Shown piece after piece: positions 53,901 to 64,000 of a stretch of 64,000 nt of DNA. The notes beneath the pieces were generated by a model. That model was not told the DNA's origin. It was given only the letters and a program-made list of their open reading frames with translations, and ran no database searches. The DNA lies in the NCBI RefSeq assembly GCF_002571385.2, contig NW_019218438.1:51800-115799 (forward strand). The letters run 5' to 3'. The position numbers and the translations under genes were made by a program. The DNA comes from Stylophora pistillata (taxonomy: Eukaryota). Each line of letters opens with the position of its first letter. The stretch's first letter is position 1.

Positions 53901-56253
53901 ATATACATGAAGCCCGCGTGGCCTTTTTCGGGCGCTCGACGAAAACAAATGCAATGTAGTTTGATGCCGATCAGCATATCACATCGCGGTCAAAGCCTCC
54001 CAGTTACTTAGGGTGTTGTATAAAGATAATGATGTGTACATGTACATGTACATGTACATGTATGTATGTTGTTAATGGTCATCAGTCCGAATAAAGAAAA
54101 GAACGCAGTAATAATGTTTGAATCACATCTTATATCGCTGTTTCTTTCTCACTATCTTGGCCAGGACCCCTCAAAGAATCTGTCAAAGCTCTTGAAGAGC
54201 AATATAAAGCTGAAAAACAAGGTAAAGTGAAAAAAAAAGAGAAAATAGTCTGTGAGATTCTTAAATAAATGTACGCAAGACGTTTTTAAACTTTTTTCCC
54301 TTGATAGAGCGCCTTTCCGCAAATTAAAGCAAAACCAAAACCAAAGCAATACCATCGGACGTTCTAAACAAAAGAAAATATCGCAATAAATCAATGAGGA
54401 CATAGAGTGAAACAAGCATTCTGCTGGACGCGCGAGAAAAGTCCAATGACCAAGTCGTTATTGGCTTTAGTTTCAATTCTGATTGGTGGAGAGACTGGTG
54501 CGAGGATTTTGACCAATCACATACCGTATTGTAGCAAAACCCGGATTACCATCGACTTTCAATGAAAAACTGTAATAATTTTCGCACTCAGGAGCCTTAG
54601 ACAAACAACGTCAAATGTACGAAGAAAAGATTGAGGAATTACGTAATCAAATGGTTCCATTGGGACGGCAGAACATGGGAGAACGAACAGTCAGTATCGG
54701 CTCTTTCAGATCCGGATACGGATCATCGAGGATGTCATGGTGTGATGACAGGTGATTACCTCTCTCTTCCAGTTCCTCGCGGTGAAAACTTAGTGTTAAA
54801 GCAAAGGTTAAATACTGAAAATGTAATGCTTTGTCTCCTTGCAATTTTCTTTAACCAGCAGGGAGAATCTGATTCAGTTTGAAAGAAAACCCTTGGTGCT
54901 CAGAGAGGAAGTGATCAAAGCTAACGCTCTTGCTAGGGAAGCCAATCAGTTGAGTGAAGAGATGGGTAAAGAAACGGAATTTGCTGTGACGCTTCAGGTA
55001 AATTCAAAGATTTGGGTGTTACGTTTGTTTTGATATAGCGTAATTTGATAGGTGTGCATTTGCTGCTATGGAAAGTGGGTAATTTGGTAACGATTTAACA
55101 TTAAATAGCTTTTCAGATGTGCGTTTCACCTTGTCAGATAACTAATCAGTAAAATGTGGCTATTTATTAGATTCCAACATCGAGTTTAAGCTTTGGCCGG
55201 AGCAGACCTGGATTCAGCAGTGAAGTTGCTATTGTTGTGAAGCACAAGTCGAAAGGGACACAGAGTAAGTCACTGTTTATATTTTACTGTTCTTACCCAG
55301 TTTCCCTGTCCTGAACAACCTTATTTTTTTTGTTTATTTTTGTTTTTTTTGTTATTTTTTTTTGTTTACTGTTCTTACCCAGTTTGCCTGTCCTGAACAA
55401 CCTTATTTTTTTTGTTTATTTTTGTTTTTTTTGTTATTTTTTTTTGTTTACTGTTCTTACCCAGTTTGCCTGTCCTGAACAACCTTATTTTTTTTGTTTA
55501 TTTTTGTTTTTTTTGTTATTTTTTTTTGTTTACTGTTCTTACCCAGTTTGCCTGTCCTGAACAACCTTATTTTTTTTGTTTATTTTTGTTTTTTTTGTTA
55601 TTTTTTTTTGTTTACTGTTCTTACCCAGTTTGCCTGTCCTGAACAACCTTATTTTTTTTGTTTATTTTTGTTTTTTTTGTTATTTTTTTTTGTTTACTGT
55701 TCTTACCCAGTTTGCCTGTCCTGAACAACCTTATTTTTTTTGTTTATTTTTGTTTTTTTTGTTATTTTTTTTTGTTTACTGTTCTTACCCAGTTTGCCTG
55801 TCCTGAACAACCTTATTTTTTTTGTTTATTTTTGTTTTTTTTGTTATTTTTTTTTGTTTACTGTTCTTACCCAGTTTGCCTGTCCTGAACAACCTTNNNN
55901 NNNNNNNGGGGGGGGGTGGTGAGGGATAGAAGGTAAGATTAGCGACACCCACCCAATCCTCCCTCGTTTTTATACTCCTCTGCTACTGTCGCACAGTTTA
56001 ATAACACGTTTTCCTTTACTAATTGAACACCTTAAACCGGCCATCTTTTTTATATGATGCTTTCTAACATAAATGAACACAGTACGCATCTTCTGATTGG
56101 TCAGTTCAGTTTCCAAGCGGATGCTTTATTATAGGGCCCGCATTTGATCGGCGACAACTAGTTATGTCATAACAGCAATGAAAAGCGTTTTTCCTGGCTC
56201 CAAAACACAATAAAATAACTGGAGACGATGAGAAGAGAGGAAGGCGAGTGATT

Positions 56254-56303
<50 letters not shown>

Positions 56304-57985
56304 TTAATATTTATATTGCGCAAATTAACATGTGGATATGATCAAATGCGCATCACAACACTTTTCGGGGGACTTTGGCCGGACTGCATCAGCAGTTTAC
56401 AAACAATCGAAGGAAACTTATTTGAAGATGCCCCCTCCCCCCAATTCCCAGTAAACAGGCCAGACCACATCACAGTAATCTCGTGAGTGGGTTCTTTAAC
56501 GTCCCCTGCCTAACCAAATTAACTAATTAATAGATGCAGGAGACGGGACTTACGGTTTATTCGTCCATATCCGACAAGACTAGAATGTCTATCCATTTTC
56601 TTATCAATGAAAGGTCTCAGTTATTTTAAGACCTTGAGTGTTGGTCCGGCCGGGGCTCGAACCATCGACCTCAACCTGCCGCACAGCTGTCCAGCGCTCT
56701 AACCAATTGAGCTAATGGGAAGGTGATTTTGAATTCAGACTTTCTTCTTCCATTTTAGCAACACTGTACTCGTAGTAGCCCATCTGGTCGAAGTTTATCC
56801 TGGTTTGTCTTGTAGAAGGCTAAGAAGATTCTTAGTACTCCCCTGAGTACGACGTCAGTCCATCCTAGGGAACCCCTTACCCCCCTCCCCACAGTATTTC
56901 ATCAGGTTTACCGGCCAGTTTGCTGGTAGTCTCTTGTGCTTCTGGTTGCAGAGAGGCGTATTCGTAATTTTTTTTTATCTAAATTGCTTGATAAAACTTG
57001 CTGGTATGAATACGATCTCACACTTATGTGATCTTTGTTTTGCTTCTTTTTCATGTCAGGTTTGTGGCCGGCTGAAGGTTGAGGTGTCTAGGATTTCAGG
57101 TACATTTTCTGCGAAAGCGTTTAAATGAGCGTGAATTTTTGTGAGGAGTGAATGAACGCGTACAAGCGTGTTGTTGGCTGGCGTGCTTGGTCGTGTGAAG
57201 GTTCTGGAAACACAAAGCGACATATCGCCGCGAAACGACCCGAGAACAGTTGCTGTGCTAAGTTGCAATTGCTTTGTTTGAGATGAATCTTTATTTTCCG
57301 AAAAGATTTGTCCTTGTGACAGACTTAGTCTTCGAATTACGTCGTTCAATTGAAACTGGTCAATTTCATGGGTGCGATTGCATTGTGTTAATGTAGGCAA
57401 AAACGTCCCTGAAAGATATGTTCTCCTATGTGTCGTAGAAAACTGTCTCCTTGTGTGTCAGACTATAACGGTTTGCGATCCAAATATATTCTAGGCGAAA
57501 TGTCTTTTTATTATTACAGAGTTCCATACTTTGTCTAACAACTGTACCGAACGCGTTTGTAGAGTGTATTTAAAACGGTGAGGGCTCTGTTCAACTGTCT
57601 TTACTCTTCTTATACGTTGTCAACAACAGAAAAAGCTCAGAAGAAGAAATCTAGAGAAGAGCGAGGTGACACTGAAGAAACCTCGAGCGACGAAGAAGAT
57701 GGTTCGTTAGTCATACATGACGATAATGGTGACGATGACGATGATGAGCTGGTCAAAGGCTCGCAGATGCATGTAGAGGTCAAGGTTGTCGAGGCGTATG
57801 ACCTCCCCCCAGCTCTGTGTAATTACGTGTTCTGTCAGTACAAGTTTTGGAATGACGATAATACCATTGTGGTGCCACCCATTAATGCCAGTATTTCTCA
57901 GCCTGGGCCAAAGACCAACACGATGATTTTCGAGCACAAGCAGGTAGGCCCATGTGCGTGAAGCGTACTTTTCATTTAAATAAAA

Positions 57986-58028
<43 letters not shown>

Positions 58029-61000
58029 TAACAATGTAATTTTGGTTTTATCAAATGAGATGATAAGGTAAATTGGCCACCGTAAAGAATTCAAAGCTAA
58101 CGTTATGAGGGTTAGCCCTTCGTCAGAGCGAAACTTTCCATTTGCCTGGAGCGGAGTGCGGTAGATCAGTTTATAAGGCGAACTTCTGTAGTCTAACATG
58201 TACTTCAGGGAAAGGAGGGACTCCTAGGATGTAAAAATGAATTATAATTCCTGCTTTATGTTTAGCACAAGAAGAAGTTGACGTTTGGGGCAGTTACATT
58301 CAAATAGGCATATTCTTCATTTTACAGGCTAATAAAGGCCTTGCGTATTTCTTTAAGCTGTACGAACCTAGAGTTGGTCCCAGTTTCCATGAATCAACGT
58401 CACGTCCTTATTTTTATCCGTAGAGAAAAATTAGTATTAAGTTATTTTTAAATGTCTTTTCAGGTATTTGATATGGAAGTTACGGACGAATTCGTTGAGT
58501 ATGCATCCGAGGGCTCCCTCGCCATTGAAGTCTGGGGAAACCGAATGAAAGGATTTGATTCACAAAGCAAAGTAATGTTAAACTGGAACGTGGAACCTCA
58601 GCAAAAAGGACTCCACGACAGGTATGGTCAACGATCCTTTTCTTTCTTTCTTGTTGTCCTGCTCTTGAAATTTTTGTTTTCATTAGTTAATTGTTTTAAA
58701 GAAAAAAGTCTGCATACAACACTTACTTATTTAGAAGCCAGAGTGTATCTAAATTTTGGTAGCATCAAGCGAGAAGGTATTTGGTTCCCTCCCTTGGTTG
58801 GGATGCTAGTCTATAGGTTCACACCGTCTGCCTCCCCTCCCTCTTAGTATTTCTTAATAATTGTGTCTTGCTCACGAACATAGCACAATGTCCCAGCCGG
58901 GGCTCGCACTCGCACTCGCACCCAGGCCTCGACTCGGATTCCAGCGGCCTGACCATAGGCTGGTGCGTCTCCAACTTTTTGACCGTGGAATTAACAGCCA
59001 AAAGTTCTTGGTCTTATTCGTGACGTAAAATCTTTCCCTTTCAGATGGGGAGAACTCTTACGAAAGATGCGGCTCTGGGTGGAAATATTAGAAATCAATG
59101 ATCAAGGGGTCTATGCACCTGTAGAGCTTCACATTCAAAAAGACAATCTAACTGGTGGAGTATTTCAGCTGCGTCAAGGTCACTCGCGGCGAATCGCTGT
59201 GCGCGTCCAGCCTGTACCAAGGGCCGGTTCACTTCCGGTTGTGTGTGACATTATTTCCGCTGTGTATATTGGGAGTGTTTCGATGAGAACTAAGAATCAA
59301 CAACCGCTGGACAGCTATCAAGAGAAAGATCTTGCCATGTAAGTGTTGTTCATTGAATACAGATGAATTATGTTTTACCAGAACTAATCCTGTAGGTAAA
59401 GATTCCTGCTGTCAGTTTTCGATACGTGGAACAGTCCATCGAATGCCCTCAGTAGGGAAAATACTGTTTTTATTTTTGAGAAATCTTTCTTTTTCTTCAT
59501 AGTCTGCGTGAAAAGTGGTCCACTTCTTTGATGAAAAGGCGGGAGTACTTGGATGAGCAAATTCACTCTTTAATCGACAAACAAGGTAACGCAAATTTGG
59601 GAGAAATTAGGTATAAAATTGGCCTGCTTATCGGTTGTCGGCAATTGGGAAATAGGCGCGGAGGGGTAAAGGGAAAACAGAAAAGGGCGATGTGGAATGC
59701 GGTGTGTTCTTTCCTGTCGTGTGTCCCTCATGTGCTAGACGGCGCCTACCACGCCCTCTAAGCCTGCGGCGTGGTGTAGAAAAAGTTAAGTCTTTCTTTC
59801 AAACCAAACGAGGCTCGCAGTCAGAATTTATCCCTGTCTCTGTAGCATGAAGCGACATGGAGTATTGGTATTGCCACTCCCTGTGGGAGAGATGGTAGTC
59901 TTTCGTCGGTTGCCTAATTAAGAGCGGCCTCATACGATTCAGGATTGACAACTTTAAAGCGATTAATAACTAAACGAACATGAAATATTGAGAGTTAGTT
60001 TGACTCTCTAATCGGGACGCGCCCTAATCTCAAGCATAACTTTGAAATATCTTTCGTTTGCAGATAAATCAGCCAGCGATAAAGAGCGAGAGAGCTGGAT
60101 GATCGACCAATGGGTGTGTCTCACAGAGGAGAGGAACGCTGTCCTTGTTCCAATACGAGGAAGTGGAATCCCCGGTGCTCCGCCTCTTGAAGGGTAAGGA
60201 TCTTTCTAAACGACCCCAGGCGTCTTCCCGCCCCCAGTAGGGCGACTACGAGATGCTTGTCTAATATTCGCCTGTTACCCCAGGAGTTAAGTTCATCCGG
60301 GTTTTCTTTAACAGGACCGTGCCTCTGGGAATGGAGAAGTACAATCCTGTTATATTTCTGGATCTTCAGAATGGTAAGGCAATCGATTTAACTTGATTTG
60401 TATGGTTTAAAATGTATATTGCTTCACGTTTGTTGTAGGGAAGTGAAGGAGTTCGCAGAGTGTGATAAAACTTGTGCTCGTCATGGAGTTATACAAAGCC
60501 CTGCAGAGAGGTTATCACACGTACTCCCTTTGGAATTTCTACTCAAGAAAAGCGTTGTGGGTTGGACTTAGGTTTCCCGGTGTGAGGGCGCGACATTAGA
60601 AATTTGCCACGCAGTATGTGGTCACTTATTTCTGTGATTTCACCCGGTCTTTGTATTTTTATTGATTTCTTTCAAATCAAACCGATTCTGGCTGAAATTT
60701 TGCAGAGAGAAGAATAGAGGATTATAGAGAAAAAGGTGTTCTTTTCTTTTTTTTTTTTTCATTCTTCGCAGACGACGTGAGAAGCGGCTGTATGGAAGAA
60801 GGAGGCCCTGCAGGAGTGGATTCTACTCTTGTATTCGAAAATTCCGACAACATGATGGAACTACCGATCATAAACTACGATCAGAAGCAGGTTTGTTAGC
60901 AATACACCTCGCGCGTGCATATACGAAGGTTAATCCTTTTCAGGCACTTTCAGTGCGCTTAGTCACGTGATATTTCACCTCAGTGACGAAGGTCACGGCA

Positions 61001-64000
61001 ATGTCACGCCATCGTTACAACGATCAGGTTATTGACTATCCTTGTGCCTACTGCCTATTATGACTTCAGAGGTAACTGTGTTGGCGCCATATTAAATACG
61101 ATTCCTTGACTCTGCGCTCGATACCTGTTTTATTGACTTTCAGGTTTCTGCCACTGTGTTATGGGACTCGTCAATTCACGATTCCGTGTTTCTTAACCGT
61201 GTCACACAGTCACACGAGAGAGTTTATCTGATTTTAAAAGTAAGTAAGCAACCAACTGAGAAATCACTCGGTTAATTCAGTTAGAGAAAGTGAGACAAAG
61301 TTTTCGCGATGGACATAACCGTGAGGTTGCCCCTGAAACTCTGTTACTTTGTGGGGTTGTTATCTTAGTAGAAAAACAAATTATCCAAAGCATTTTAATA
61401 CTAAATGTGTGGAACTTAAAGGGAGAATTCCACAGTAGATCGTAGGAGGTAACGGCTTAAATTGATTTTATTCCAATTACCTCTTCTTATTGCAGGTTAT
61501 CGTTCGCCTCGCGAGTCCAATCGCGATGGATCTGGTCCTACGGAAAAGAATTTCAGTCAAAATATACAAGAAACAAAGCTGGAAAGACAGTTTACTTAGA
61601 AAAATCACAAAGGTTTGTGAAACCTCTGGTGATTTTCCCTTTCTAACTAATATGGTTAAGTTCAAACTTCATTTGAAATCCCTCTTTCTGCTCAGTTTGG
61701 TCATAACTCTTGATTGACCCGTCATACTGTGATGTAATTGATTGAAAGATAAAAATTTCACTTCGACAATTTTTCTTTTTGTGCTTTCTTCTCGTAGGAT
61801 ATCATAACACGGTCTGGCGTGACCTACGAACTTGTGTCACACATTCCACGGGTAAGCTTTATTGACTACGCTTACCAAATTAACGATTTTCTTATAAAGA
61901 TAATTTGCCAATGGGGTAAGACTAGAGTGAGTTTAAACTGAGCTAGGAGTAGGTAGAATTAGAAGTAATTAATTTTAACAATGATATTCAACCATGTCAC
62001 TGGCAAACAGCTATTTTCTGTTTGCCTCACAGTCGTCATGTGACCCTCTAAGACTTTGCTATCGTCTTTGATATTCTCCGCTCGACCCTTGCTTGATGGA
62101 ATACGAAAATTATGAGATGAACAAGGGTTCTGATCTGTTCTTTTTTTTAATCATCCAACAGCAACCAGGAGAGGAGACAGAAGAACGTGAGAGCCTGGCG
62201 CAAATGGCTGCATTGGCTGTGGGAGAAGGGGAGGAGGAGGATGAATCTGTGTTGAGAAAATACAGCAAAGGAATCTCACATGTGGAAAGTTTGTTGGCAC
62301 TCGATCGACTTAGACAGGTACGACACTAAAGTACTCGGTGATTGTGTCGCAGTGCACTAATGGTTAGCGCGTTTGACTGTGTATTAAAAAGACTGGGTTC
62401 GAGACCCGGCCAGGGCATTGTGTTGTGTTCTCGAGAAAGATTCTCTACCCTCAAAGTTAACCTTTCAGCGAAACCTTACAAATACTGGGTTTTAACTGGC
62501 AATTAACCAGCGTAGCGTCGCATGGAGGGAGGGGGGAGNGGNNNANANNNNNNTNNNNTCNNCANNNNNNNNNNANNNNNNNANNNNNTNNNGNGGNGNN
62601 NNANNGNNNCNNNNNNCACNANNTNTNNNNANANNNNNNNNNNNNANANNNNNNNANNNNNNNNTANNNTNNNNNNNCNNNANAGGTTTTCTTCAGTTTC
62701 ATGCACAAAAATAGAGAAGTTTGTTTGTGTGCTTTGTTGCTCCAAATGACTAAATTGGACGAATTATTGAGCGAAATGTGCTTGTCACTTTGGTAGGAAG
62801 TTATGGTGAAGGAGAAATTGGCAGCCATTGGGAAACCCTTGAGGAAATTTGCTAGTACTCCAAACTTAGCCGCTACGGTAAGATGTACTGCTTCTTTAGT
62901 CTTTATTTAACTTCAGTTGGGTTTGCTTATCACACAATGACTACTTACAAGTAACAAATACTTGTCACAGCTTCGACAAGTCTGAAGGCTCATGATATCT
63001 TCCTTTTTTGTTTTCTCTGCTTTTACAGTCAGGAGACCTTTCGTTTGGGTTCAGTGGAAAAGATGATCGATTTGATTCCCCAGAGAGTCACAAACTTTGG
63101 AATACAAGGGTGAGATACACTTATTTCATAGTAATCTTTGTCTAGTTTGTATTTTTGACGTTGTCAATACACTGCTACATCAGAATTGACCTTGTGTTAA
63201 GGAGAAGATTAGAGTAAGTGAAAACGTTCTTGTTGACAGACTAACAAAAGAAGCGACCTTCTTCTACCGGGGAGTTTCACAGATCCTCGGCCAATAAGAC
63301 CAACGAAGGAGGATATTTTACTCGACCTTTCACAAATGAATGAAAAATTCAGCAGCTCTTCCCCCACCTCGTCAGGCGTCGTATTGCGGAACTCGAGTGG
63401 CGGATCATCTAACTCACGCCCCAGCTCCCTGATCATGGAACTTGAGCCTCTGGAAGAGGATGAATCTTCTCCAGCGCCGAGTCCTCAAGTTAGGAAAAAT
63501 CCCGAGGCTTTGTTTGACTTTCAGGAGACTGGAACCCAAGGGTCATCTGAAGGAACAGTCAGCCCCCTTTCGGATGAACTTCGGGAACGTTCCGGTAGCG
63601 CTGATACACTAACGTGTGAAGATCCCTCGATGCCGATGCCGACGCCGACTGCTTCGGGTGAAGATTTAACAAATCCACCTGTAGAGTCAAACGATTTCAA
63701 ATCGATTAGTTTGGGCAATAACTTGATAGATCTTGCTTCCGAGAAGAGCAATGCGAAGCCAAGTATGGGAATTACCTTACGCGGTTTAGATGACGCACTG
63801 GACGACGAAGAAGACGAAGATGAACTCTCAACGCTTCTCATACAAACTCAGGAGGCGAAGGAAACATTGAAACTACAAGGAGATAGTGAACAGCAGAATT
63901 CTAGTCCACACGAAAACTCAAACTCTAGCAGTCGAGAGGATCTACTGAGTTCTTTCGAGGGGGAGGATGTGCACGATTCGCTGGATTCCCTGGGGGATTT
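41901..64000 (+). CDS. KIF13: Kinesin-3 family motor KIF13A/B-like (3' incomplete; exons missing at the N gap)
   Basis: Exons: 41901-41952, 42050-42128, 43484-43496, 44245-44302, 45538-45630, 46825-46916, 47677-47765, 48458-48545, 48655-48789, 48968-49080, 49213-49255, 49414-49482, 49926-50078, 50390-50587, 51001-51135, 52109-52150, 53073-53167, 53442-53551, 53717-53794, 54165-54221, 54592-54751, 54859/54862-54997, 55171-55264, [gap], 57060-57099, 57630-57943, 58464-58621, 59045-59338, 59503-59585, 60064-60193, 60315-60373, 60772-60890, 61144-61239, 61496-61612, 61798-61851, 62162-62317, 62797-62877, 63029-63109, 63240->64000. Motifs [14 protein letters not shown]-loop AYGQTGSGKT, switch I SSRSH, switch [20 protein letters not shown] domain ([11 protein letters not shown]), and the KIF13-specific stalk [30 protein letters not shown]. 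Confidence 0.95.
44498..44614. repeat. Palindromic MITE-like element in a KIF13 intron
   Basis: agttcaattttatccttggttcaaattt / aaatttgaaccaaggataaaattgaact. Confidence 0.75.
45898..46060. repeat. About 55-60 bp tandem repeat, 3 units
   Basis: aaattNtNctgaattttcttttaaa...ctttcagatc repeated three times. Confidence 0.8.
52872..52980. repeat. 27-bp minisatellite, 4 copies
   Basis: gagaactatgggatactgtggacagaa x4. Confidence 0.9.
53323..53365 (-). ncRNA. Second-family Penelope-type hammerhead ribozyme remnant
   Basis: Reverse complement ggct-CTGATGA-tgagttccgctcaggttgtc-GAAA-cg-cc-agtc. Stem I is ggct/agtc; the cleavage site reads GCC rather than GTC. Confidence 0.55.
55283..55896. repeat. 82-bp T-rich tandem repeat, about 7.5 near-identical units, ending at an assembly gap
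   Basis: Unit tttactgttcttacccagtttgcctgtcctgaacaacc + T-rich tract; Ns at 55897-55907. Confidence 0.95.
56256..56716 (-). mobile_element. Young tRNA-derived SINE with (ATT)n tail
   Basis: About 245 bp identical to 15155-15400; candidate TSD gtgatttt at 56248-56255 and 56723-56730. Confidence 0.85.
57990..58130 (-). mobile_element. Penelope-type short repeat with a dead hammerhead motif
   Basis: Reverse complement cgctCTGACGAagggctaaccctcATAAcgttagct (GAAA box mutated); homologous to 23200-23346. Confidence 0.6.
62345..62710 (+). mobile_element. Older tRNA-derived SINE (ttgtgttctYgRgcaagacact core); related pieces near 46670-46780, 50170-50335, 56790-56960, 58760-58975, 59800-59910
   Basis: tRNA-like head taatggttagcgcg...gggttcgagacccggcc followed by cattgtgttgtgttctcgagaaaga; partly masked by Ns. 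Confidence 0.55.

Noticed and set aside
55283-55896. 82-bp array as a CRISPR array or as the repeated 76-aa ORFs
   Set aside because: Units are identical with no unique spacers, it sits in a eukaryotic intron, and the ORFs are low-complexity translations of T tracts.
62539-62683. N-rich stretch
   Set aside because: Low-quality sequence following a G-run; uninterpretable.

Overview
Animal genomic DNA, AT-rich, with spliced genes and dense repeats. The SINE, MITE and Penelope families suggest a cnidarian, probably a stony coral (inference). Genes reconstructed by hand with phase-consistent splice sites: BMP5-8 (+, 3 exons, 449 aa); MED30 (+, 3 exons, GC-AG first intron); two single-exon paralogous coiled-coil genes (-), one ending in a GRIP-like domain and the other in a CaaX box; sepiapterin reductase SPR (+, 6 exons, 261 aa); a type II transmembrane collagen with a furin site and repeated C-x5-C interruptions (-, 3 exons, 451 aa); and kinesin-3 KIF13 (+, more than 35 exons, runs off the window end, exons missing at an N gap). 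Intergenic and intronic DNA holds decayed LINE and Penelope RT fragments, tRNA-derived SINEs (one inverted pair and a very young copy), many MITEs (Kolobok-, piggyBac-, Tc1- and Harbinger-like), hairpin-plus-inner-IR elements, four Penelope-type minimal hammerhead ribozyme remnants, and minisatellites. The most novel candidate is the tandem coiled-coil pair with alternative membrane-targeting C-termini (GRIP vs CaaX), which might also be joined by an in-frame splice.
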